Source: a virus
DNA length: 39,003 nt
IMG/VR virus record: IMGVR_UViG_3300045988_097822
Coordinates: 1 to 39,003 of that record
Reading direction: 5' to 3' (one strand)
Shown here: positions 32,101-38,129 of the stretch, one piece after another
Layout of the letters: every line of letters starts with the position of its first letter
How positions within the stretch are numbered: the stretch's first letter is position 1
Translations under genes and position numbers: made by a program
The notes under the pieces: generated by a model
What the model saw: only the letters and a program-made list of their open reading frames with translations
What the model was told of the DNA's origin: nothing
Database searches by the model: none

Positions 32101-33966
32101 GTTGACAAGGATCTGAAAGCCTTTGCCAAGGGCCAGTATGAGGCAGACCAGAGCGCGGCTATGGGCAGCGGGAAGTATTCCGACGCCACGGCAGCGGGCA
32201 TTGAGCGGGAGATCCAGAGCAAGCGGAAAATGTTCAGGGGGGAGGACGGTCTCTCCCGTGCCGTGCAGGGCATCGGAGACCTGAATAGCCGCGCCCTTGA
32301 CTATGAGGACGTGATCTTCAACCGGAGCGCCTATGTGGACAGCTTCGCCCAAGCACTGCAAGCCAAGGGCGTGACGGCGGCAGAGGCCCACGCGGGCACC
32401 AGAGCCGCAGACGTGGAGGCGGCACGGGCCTACGCCATTGAGGAAGCGCAGAAGGCTACCTACCGCAACACCACGGCGCTTTCCGAGGCGCTGTCTCAGT
32501 TTGGCCGCTATGAGGGGGATAACCCGGTAAAACGGGCAGGTTCCTTCGTGGCGGACGCCCTGTTCCCCTTCCGCAAGACCCCGGCCAATATCCTGACCAC
32601 GGGCCTTGATTACAGCCCTGTGGGGCTTGCCAAGGGCGTGAAGGAAGCCATGTTGGACGTGAAGTCCGGGAAATGCACGGCGGCGGACGCCGTGGATTCC
32701 ATTGCATCCGGTCTTACCGGCACCGGTATTCTGGCGCTGGGCGCTTATCTGGCGGCGGAGGGGCTGCTCCACGTCCGGGCCGGTGATGATGACAAGGAGG
32801 AAGCCTTTGAAAAGTCCATGGGCAAGCAGGACTATGCCATCCAGATCGGGAACAAGTCCTACACGTTGGACTGGGCGGTTCCTGCGGCAATGCCCCTGTT
32901 TGCGGGTGCTGCCATCATGGAATCCGTTCGGAAGGGCGGCGGCACATTTGACGCGCTGGTGGATTCTCTGCTGGGGATGCAGGACGTTGTGCTGGAGACC
33001 TCCATGCTGTCCTCCCTGAATGATTTGGTTTCCAACATCAGCTATGCCAAGAGCAAGCCTATGTACCTCATTGACCGGGCGGCCAGCAGCTACGCCGGAC
33101 AGTATATCCCCACCATCGGCAGCAAGGTTGCGTCCGTATTTGATGATACGGTGCGCAAAAGCTATGTGGAGAAGGGTTCCGGGCAGGTAGCCTCTGACGT
33201 GAACTATTTCTTGCAGGGGGCGGCGAAGAAGGTCCCCGGCGCACGGAATCAGCTTCAGCCCATGGTGGATATGTGGGGCAACGAGGTCTCCAACGGCTCC
33301 GCGCCGGAGCGGGTGTTCCAGTCCTTCCTCTCCCCCGGCTTCCTGAAGGCGCAGGACAACAGCCCCGCCACGCAGGAGATCCGGCGGCTGGCGAAGGCCA
33401 CCGGAGACAGCACCGTTTATCCGGCGGCGGCGGAGAAGTCCTATACGGTGAAGGGTGAGACCCGGACCCTGACCGGCGAGGAATACACCCGGTACGCCAA
33501 GGCCATGGGCCAGACGCGGAAGGAGCTGGTGGAAGCGGCGGTGAAGCTGCCCGCCTACAAGTCCATGAGCAATGCGGAAAAGGCGGATTACATCCAGAAC
33601 GTGTATAAATATGCGCGTGAGACGGCCCGTCAGCAGGTAGACCCCAAGTATGAGCCCAGCGCCAAGTGGATTGAGAACGCAAAAACGTCCAAGCGGGACG
33701 TCGGCGTGTCCACCGGGGAATTTCTGGCCCTGTACCAGAAGTACGGCAGCGAGAAAATGAGCGGAAAAGCCTACGAGAAGGTAAAGCAGGCGCATGATGC
33801 CGGACTTTCCCCCAAGGAGTATTTCTCCATGAAGGACAGGGCCGACGCGAACGGAAACGGCAGGGTCAGCAAGGCGGAGGCCAGCGCCGCCCTTGCCGGT
33901 CAGGAAAACCGGGCGGATTTGTGGGACATTATCTGCACCACCAACGCCAAGAACCCCTACAAATAA
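29119..33966 (+). CDS. Giant (1615 aa) virion-associated ejection or polyvalent protein
   Basis: It is the largest ORF, in a phage without a tape measure gene. Segments include SEGGEEFIEDIFQP, VRFDYFEAPVEINGKQYIASFDVE, FWRYTSMLTNPTTHIRNIMGN and FPFRKTPANIL. I identified no catalytic domain. Confidence 0.55.
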   Translation: MAVKMPDLVAYGERVNKTQNNSGGVQMPNLVAYGKRVETRKATKETKAVTPSASPRPMENASTGNSRPNSRLLADVRTGGTTPPSLDNGRVGKVISGAAKSVGSAYTNLGGVLAEGAGKLNTRIANQNAGDSLQSDHDAVKRYEKMLRDVKWANGKAMTAADVKQVQSYLASAKRRIAAHEGYTKAVEQSDKAVADKAYQKADRLSQSSAADVAQAKEGLGPVGQFAVDLGVQGVQMAGDVAASAVIPGAGLALMTARSAGSSAQRARQAGATYGQQLAYGLGSGALSLATEKISNVASPFKKAFGGGVLDNAISGALAKMNNSTAGRVALSMISEGGEEFIEDIFQPILQRATYDPSARFDLSGALYDAAVGAAMGGIGAGVDVIRQRGNGQADAQPTQEARPEVREGTYTPTTANTAEGTQNAAPGVETAENIRVGQATTIKKPYKGEVPTQTQRQNTAPVQVSSEALTRAQNSIAGARGLESSLPGQSFKSTLKNVYKSIFKPATGVVVDGTSFGGQPYAVDIPNSVPGKVISDTNLTAEKLALLDNLPDVVRNGTYVGSGEYVPHGSKAKKTVRFDYFEAPVEINGKQYIASFDVEAFPDVNNYRTHKLNEIELSPMTNADTGRDPAANAMRTVPVEGTRPLNANDSIAQGAENVKNGGAAEFDTPGDAVAGAVNTPFDTMQAKSEDFYPVNPNSAQRIQVNQRRAPSEVPIVNPDTGRNVEKTVSTILNSPLTSPEMATVYENAIAGGAFDYDVVTDRSAVQQAQAKIARDGWREVANSFIAKAELGQRITKADTAEAISAYNLAISEGDHKAAFELATAIAEAAHDSAQMVQAMNLMNRLTPEGRLLTLRRLVDRMNDRAARQNRTPRQSTADSGDVEGARVDYIDKVTGFTLSDELATNYLMAETNAERAAAWDAITTSIADQIPSTFREKANFWRYTSMLTNPTTHIRNIMGNAIQFGARKIKDGIGTAIERAVIKDPSQRTKAVNVDKDLKAFAKGQYEADQSAAMGSGKYSDATAAGIEREIQSKRKMFRGEDGLSRAVQGIGDLNSRALDYEDVIFNRSAYVDSFAQALQAKGVTAAEAHAGTRAADVEAARAYAIEEAQKATYRNTTALSEALSQFGRYEGDNPVKRAGSFVADALFPFRKTPANILTTGLDYSPVGLAKGVKEAMLDVKSGKCTAADAVDSIASGLTGTGILALGAYLAAEGLLHVRAGDDDKEEAFEKSMGKQDYAIQIGNKSYTLDWAVPAAMPLFAGAAIMESVRKGGGTFDALVDSLLGMQDVVLETSMLSSLNDLVSNISYAKSKPMYLIDRAASSYAGQYIPTIGSKVASVFDDTVRKSYVEKGSGQVASDVNYFLQGAAKKVPGARNQLQPMVDMWGNEVSNGSAPERVFQSFLSPGFLKAQDNSPATQEIRRLAKATGDSTVYPAAAEKSYTVKGETRTLTGEEYTRYAKAMGQTRKELVEAAVKLPAYKSMSNAEKADYIQNVYKYARETARQQVDPKYEPSAKWIENAKTSKRDVGVSTGEFLALYQKYGSEKMSGKAYEKVKQAHDAGLSPKEYFSMKDRADANGNGRVSKAEASAALAGQENRADLWDIICTTNAKNPYK

Positions 33967-33968
33967 GA

Positions 33969-34008
33969 AAACACCCTCGCCATCCGGCGGGGGTGTTTTG
34001 TTTGGTTT
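33969..34008. terminator. Bidirectional intrinsic terminator between convergent late and leftward units
   Basis: AAACACCCtCGCC atcc GGCGgGGGTGTTT followed by TGTTTGGTTT, with an A-rich left flank. Confidence 0.7.
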
Positions 34009-34311
34009 CTACATCATGGACAGGAGCGTTTTCACATGGGCGGCGCGGTCCAGCATCCGCTCATGCTCCCAGTCCCAGACGGCCTTCTCCGCTTCCGTGG
34101 GGTGGAGACCGGCGTCCTTCGCCTTTTCGATGTGGCGAACGGCCATCTCATAGAGCCGATTGGCGTGGCCCAGCTCCTGACGGCTGAGGTCGGCGTAGGT
34201 GCTGGCGTCCTCCGGGTCCTCCCCGGCGTGCTTGACGGCCTCACGGGCGTACTTCTCGGCATCGTCCAGTTCTTCCCGGATCCCTTCGGCCAAGTGTTTG
34301 ATCTCGTGCAT
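34009..34311 (-). CDS. Helical protein with a single ExxH motif (ferritin-like half-bundle?)
   Basis: 100 aa. EELDDAEKYAREA ... SRQELGHANRLYEMA. The assignment is weak. Confidence 0.3.
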   Translation of the reverse strand: MHEIKHLAEGIREELDDAEKYAREAVKHAGEDPEDASTYADLSRQELGHANRLYEMAVRHIEKAKDAGLHPTEAEKAVWDWEHERMLDRAAHVKTLLSMM

Positions 34312-34320
34312 AAGAGCCTC

Positions 34321-34659
34321 CTAACTCTGCTTGATCAGGGTGTAGAGCTTGTCCACATCCGTTTCATTCAGCGTGACGTTCCCAATCAGGGGGATATTGG
34401 TGGTGACGGGGCCTTTGGCGGCTTCGGTTTTCAGGCAGGTGTAGATCTTGTCCAGATCGACGTTCCCCGCCTCGTCAAAGACGCCGAGGGCCTTCATGGC
34501 GGGATGCTCCCGGAGGGCGGAAAGGCTGGCGTCCAGATTGTTAAGGGCCATAGCAGCCCCGGCCCCGACCGCCCATTTCTGCCAGCCGGTGAGCTTGCCG
34601 GTAAATTCCTCATCCACATAGCGAGCAGCGCCCTGCTTGATCTGTTCCAATGTTACCAT
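34321..34659 (-). CDS. Hypothetical protein
   Basis: MVTLEQIKQGAARYVDEEF..., with the ATG at 34659 directly after GGAGGA. Confidence 0.5.
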   Translation of the reverse strand: MVTLEQIKQGAARYVDEEFTGKLTGWQKWAVGAGAAMALNNLDASLSALREHPAMKALGVFDEAGNVDLDKIYTCLKTEAAKGPVTTNIPLIGNVTLNETDVDKLYTLIKQS

Positions 34660-34720
34660 AGATTCCTCCAATGACGGGAGAGAGGGGCGCTATGCCCCTC
34701 TCTTCTTCCCTCTGCGCCTC

Positions 34721-35314
34721 TTAGCAGCCGCAGCCGTGGCCACAGGTGGAGACGGGGAGGGGGTTATAGGTGGACTGGGGCGTGGTGCCGGTGCCGGTGG
34801 TGATGTCCGCGACCATTTTGGGATAAAAGGTGGCGTTCGTGTAGGTGACGATGGTGTTGTCAGCGCACTTCCGCTCGTCCCGCTCCCGAGAAATGGCCCC
34901 GCACAGCTCGTTCTTGCAGCAGTCCACGCGCTCCTGCAACAGCTGGAAGCTGTCCTTGGTGGCCTGATTATTGACCGCCTGAGAAGCCAGCACACCCTGC
35001 ACCTCGCCCAGCTTGCCGTCGATGTACTTGTACATCTCCAGCATCTTCTGGTCCTGGTAGGTGTTGGCATCCCGCAGGGCAATGTCGCTGCGGAGCTTGG
35101 CGTTCTCCTGCACCATGGACAGCTCGTAGCGGTTGACCGTGTGGTTCTCGCTGCATCCGGCCTCCGCCGCCATACCAGCGGCAAAGGGGATGACGCGATT
35201 GCCCAGCAGCATCCCGCCGAGACCGCCCAGAGAGTTCAGGACGCCCAGAGACAGACCGGCAATGCCGGTGCCGAGAGCAGTGCCTGCGACGCCCTTGCTT
35301 GCAAATTCAGCCAT
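34721..35314 (-). CDS. Uncharacterised protein: Gly-zipper hydrophobic N-terminus, coiled-coil middle, Cys-rich tail
   Basis: The N-terminus is MAEFASKGVAGTALGTGIAGLSLGVLNSLGGLGGMLLGN. The middle is LRDANTYQDQKMLEMYKYIDGKL. The C-terminal part reads CADNTIVTYTNATFYPK...YNPLPVSTCGHGCGC. An AAGGAGG RBS lies upstream. Confidence 0.6.
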   Translation of the reverse strand: MAEFASKGVAGTALGTGIAGLSLGVLNSLGGLGGMLLGNRVIPFAAGMAAEAGCSENHTVNRYELSMVQENAKLRSDIALRDANTYQDQKMLEMYKYIDGKLGEVQGVLASQAVNNQATKDSFQLLQERVDCCKNELCGAISRERDERKCADNTIVTYTNATFYPKMVADITTGTGTTPQSTYNPLPVSTCGHGCGC

Positions 35315-35360
35315 AGAGAGATTCCTCCTTCTGTAAAAATACACCCCCTGTTTCCGCGCG

Positions 35361-35408
35361 CAAAACAAGCGGTGCTCTATGGTTACCGTACCACAGGACA
35401 CCGCTTGT
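35361..35408 (-). terminator. Minus-strand intrinsic terminator separating the early operon from the 3-gene cassette
   Basis: On the minus strand: ACAAGCGGTG, a 24-nt loop, CACCGCTTGT, then TTTTG. Confidence 0.5.
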
Positions 35409-35414
35409 CATGGC

Positions 35415-35633
35415 TTATGGATGTTTTTTGTTTGGGCGGGAGATGCCTGCTTTATCCCGGATGGAGTGCAGACAGGCGTTCACGGAGGAACGGGATAGGT
35501 ACAGCTCTGCCGCCGCATCCTCGATCGCCCAGCCACGGCGGCAAACCAGATTGAACACGCGCCGCTCCCGGTCGGTGAGATAGCGGCACTGCTCCATCTT
35601 TTGGAGCTGCTGGACGGTGTATCGGTATTTCAT
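35415..35633 (-). CDS. Small sigma-70 region-4 / LuxR-type HTH protein
   Basis: LTDRERRVFNLVCRRGWAIEDAAAELYLSRSSVNACLHSIRDK. Confidence 0.55.
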   Translation of the reverse strand: MKYRYTVQQLQKMEQCRYLTDRERRVFNLVCRRGWAIEDAAAELYLSRSSVNACLHSIRDKAGISRPNKKHP

Positions 35634-35686
35634 AATGGGCCTCCTTTATGAAGTGCCCCTCCCCTTTGATCTACCGATGCAGGTGG

Positions 35687-35887
35687 TCAGGACCCCTGCG
35701 TGTCTATCATGGCTAACAGCTTTTCCAGATCGTAGAAATTCCGTGGGTTCAGCCCGGTTTCCCGCTGAATGAGCCGAAAGCGGTAGCGGATGGAGTTATA
35801 GTGCAGATAAACCGCGCCGCCGGTCTTTTTCATGCTCATGTTGTTCTCCGCATAGATTTTCAGCAGTTTTTTGTCCCGATCCTCCAT
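35687..35887 (-). CDS. Small PucR-C-like HTH protein
   Basis: MKKTGGAVYLHYNSIRYRFRLIQRETGLNPRNFYD resembles the HTH_30 pattern (H.NT..YR...I......). Confidence 0.5.
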   Translation of the reverse strand: MEDRDKKLLKIYAENNMSMKKTGGAVYLHYNSIRYRFRLIQRETGLNPRNFYDLEKLLAMIDTQGS

Positions 35888-35923
35888 AGCTTACCTCCTT
35901 TTGTTGCGCGGGGCGGCTGGCGG

Positions 35924-36262
35924 TCAGCCATCCCCGCCGTCCTTTCTCTCGCCAAGGCTGCAAAAGAACGTCCTTGTGTCCTTGTCAAATGGCAAAAACA
36001 CGATATTTGTTTTGGGGCAAAATGCGTATATATCTTTTCGGTTCCACACGCACAAATGCTTACAGTCTTTGCACCGCACCACCGGCACAGAAGCATCTTC
36101 CGTTAGAGCAAGATAGGCGATTGCGAGGGGCCGACTATGATGCAATAGTTCATCTTCGTCCATGTATTGTGCGATATGTTCGATGGTTGCAATAGCTTCT
36201 TGTTTCAAATCAACGTCGCCAAGATCATTTGTATAGTGCATCAGTTTTTCCCTAAGCGTCAT
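35924..36262 (-). CDS. Zn-ribbon paralogue 3 of the PVV(H/R) family
   Basis: MTLREKLMHY...SVPVVRCKDCKHL...LGERKDGGDG. The ATG at 36262 lies 6 nt after GGAGGG. An alternative start at 36307 would add MDKYIYGERKDGGRT. Confidence 0.5.
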   Translation of the reverse strand: MTLREKLMHYTNDLGDVDLKQEAIATIEHIAQYMDEDELLHHSRPLAIAYLALTEDASVPVVRCKDCKHLCVWNRKDIYAFCPKTNIVFLPFDKDTRTFFCSLGERKDGGDG

Positions 36263-36299
36263 GGTCCGCCCTCCGTCCTTTCTCTCGCCGTAGATGTAC

Positions 36300-36521
36300 T
36301 TATCCATGCTGCTTCGTCTCCTCCTGAGTCTGGTTGAGCAGCATGATTTCTTCCAAGGACAATTCGTTGCGAGCAACTGCCAGCACCTGCCTGTCCGTCA
36401 GGCCGTACTTGTCTCTAAGTGGCGCCAAAATCGCACACATATTCTTCTTGGTGAAGGGGACCTGCCCAGACGTGAGCTTGCTGTAAGCCTTCTGAATTTC
36501 AACGGCTACTTCTAACTGCAT
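36300..36521 (-). CDS. Hypothetical protein
   Basis: 73-aa ORF preceded by an AAAGGAGA RBS. Confidence 0.5.
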   Translation of the reverse strand: MQLEVAVEIQKAYSKLTSGQVPFTKKNMCAILAPLRDKYGLTDRQVLAVARNELSLEEIMLLNQTQEETKQHG

Positions 36522-36594
36522 AGTTAATATCTCCTTTCAGTCGATGAGTTGATGCTGCAGCCCACGCAGCACACTTTCGCAGGAAGCCGGGCGC

Positions 36595-36855
36595 TCAACG
36601 TTCAGTGTTGTCACCTCCGTCCATCTTGGCCCCGCAGTTGGGGCAGTAGATATATTCGTTGTTAAAGGAAATGCCTCCGCAGGCGGAACAAGCCCATCCA
36701 TACGGTGCGTGTTTTGGCAGTTCCCCAAAACCGGCATCCGACCACCGCCCATGCACCACCGGCACGGCATCCACGGTGGGGGCGTCATCAATTACGTGCC
36801 GAATATTACGGCCTTTATACCACCAATCAAGCTTGTCAGCGTCAATCAGCCGCAT
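36595..36855 (-). CDS. Zn-ribbon paralogue 2 (PVVHGRW...CxxCG...YCPNCGAKMDGG)
   Basis: MRLIDADKL...DAVPVVHGRWSD...CSACGG...YCPNCGAKMDGGDNTER. Confidence 0.6.
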   Translation of the reverse strand: MRLIDADKLDWWYKGRNIRHVIDDAPTVDAVPVVHGRWSDAGFGELPKHAPYGWACSACGGISFNNEYIYCPNCGAKMDGGDNTER

Positions 36856-37147
36856 GGTCAGCACCTCCGTCCATCTTGGCCCCGCATACGGGACAATAAT
36901 TCCAGTTGTTCAGGTAATACTCACTCTCTGTCAGTGCGCAGCCGCAGTTGGTACACCTGACGGCTGTAGAACCACTCGGGAACGTATATCTCCCGGAATC
37001 ATCCCACCGCCCATGCACCACCGGGGCCACGTCGGCGGCTGCTGGCGAGGCAACGATCTCCATAGCCATGGCACCGTCGGAACCGTCCACCCATTTCGCC
37101 GCCATCACCGCTCTTACGGCAGTTTCCCGTTTAATGTATTCAGCCAT
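36842..37147 (-). CDS. Zn-ribbon paralogue 1 (PVVHGRW...CxxCG...YCPVCGAKMDGG)
   Basis: DVAPVVHGRWDD...CTNCGC...YCPVCGAKMDGGADHAAD. Confidence 0.6.
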   Translation of the reverse strand: MAEYIKRETAVRAVMAAKWVDGSDGAMAMEIVASPAAADVAPVVHGRWDDSGRYTFPSGSTAVRCTNCGCALTESEYYLNNWNYCPVCGAKMDGGADHAAD

Positions 37148-37346
37148 TTCCGTTACCTCTGAAAATCAAACGCACAACTTCCATTTGAGCTTCAAGAATC
37201 ATGTTTCGTTTATGCTCTTCTTTCAGCTTTTCTTCAATATTGTGTACCTTTTCGCACATACAGTTGTACTTGTCCCTATATTCCTCATAATAGGCTTCAT
37301 AATTAGGTACACAGGTCTTCTGCTTATTTCCTTCATCCATTTTCAA
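37140..37346 (-). CDS. Hypothetical small protein (AT-richer patch)
   Basis: 68-aa ORF overlapping both neighbours. Confidence 0.45.
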   Translation of the reverse strand: MKMDEGNKQKTCVPNYEAYYEEYRDKYNCMCEKVHNIEEKLKEEHKRNMILEAQMEVVRLIFRGNGNG

Positions 37347-37545
37347 CCCTCCTGTTCCATGCTTCGATTGCTTCTTCTTTGCTGGGCAGCCCAGATACTT
37401 TCATCTTCTTTGTGTGGAGGCCATCACCAGCCCTATATCTCCCACAACCGGCATCCCACCCAAAGTCTGCTCTATCGTAGGTATCGTACATATGGATAAC
37501 GGTTGCAACTCCACCGCACTCAGGACAGCGTTTCAATTCAGCCAT
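37333..37545 (-). CDS. Lar-family restriction alleviation protein
   Basis: MAELKRCPECGG...DAGCGRY...SKEEAIEAWNRR. The CPxCGG start and the EAI.AWNRR end are the Lar-family signature. Confidence 0.65.
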   Translation of the reverse strand: MAELKRCPECGGVATVIHMYDTYDRADFGWDAGCGRYRAGDGLHTKKMKVSGLPSKEEAIEAWNRRVENG

Positions 37546-37708
37546 CCTTCATCGCCTCCAATGCTCTTATATCCGTCTCTGTCAAAGTGCGGTTGCTTGC
37601 AATATATGTCACAGCCTCACTTCTGTTTTGGCAGGCTACACACTCACACCTATTGCAACTACTTGACGTGTTTTCTCGAAACGGGCATGAATAATTAAAG
37701 CAATCCAC
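37538..37708 (-). CDS. Cys-rich mini-protein (56 aa, below the track cutoff)
   Basis: The GTG start overlaps the upstream TAG. The sequence is (M)DCFNYSCPFRENTSSSCNRCECVACQNRSEAVTYIASNRTLTETDIRALEAMKDG. Its stop overlaps the Lar start. Confidence 0.35.
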   Translation of the reverse strand: MDCFNYSCPFRENTSSSCNRCECVACQNRSEAVTYIASNRTLTETDIRALEAMKDG

Positions 37709-38127
37709 TATTTCATCGCCCCCAATACTTTCTCCGTCTCCTCGCTTACCGCAGTAATTCTCCCATGTTTTACCAGATCACAGAACACATTGTAACCCAT
37801 GTGAAACACAATTCCGCAACTGCTGCAATAGCGAATTGCAAGCTCTACATCCTTCATAAGTCGCGAACTGTCGATGTTTTCCTTGCATAGCAAAGTGCGC
37901 CCACTGGTAAATGGCAGCACCACCAGCCGGCCATCCCTGTCGGCTTCGGTCAGTTCCTCCAAATGGCGGAGCTGCGCCCGCAGTTTCTCAATCTCTTTCG
38001 CCTGCGCTTCAATCCGGTCGGCGGCTTCCGCCAGATCATCGCCCAGCGTGATCGGTGTTTCCCACTGGTTCCTTTCCGCCCATTCTGCGTGCTCACGCAG
38101 CGAATTTACGAGGTTTGTATCTCTCAT
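37708..38127 (-). CDS. Hypothetical protein (coiled-coil N-terminal half, Cys pair near the C-terminus)
   Basis: MRDTNLVNSLREHAEW... The ATG at 38127 lies 7 nt after a GGAGGG located in the methyltransferase 3' end. Confidence 0.55.
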   Translation of the reverse strand: MRDTNLVNSLREHAEWAERNQWETPITLGDDLAEAADRIEAQAKEIEKLRAQLRHLEELTEADRDGRLVVLPFTSGRTLLCKENIDSSRLMKDVELAIRYCSSCGIVFHMGYNVFCDLVKHGRITAVSEETEKVLGAMK

Positions 38128-38129
38128 AA

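Noticed and set aside
29095-33795. 1566-aa minus-strand ORF
   Set aside because: It is antisense to the 1615-aa plus-strand gene, which has an RBS and protein-like sequence. The minus frame is Arg/Gly/Leu/Pro-rich and is a GC-content artefact.
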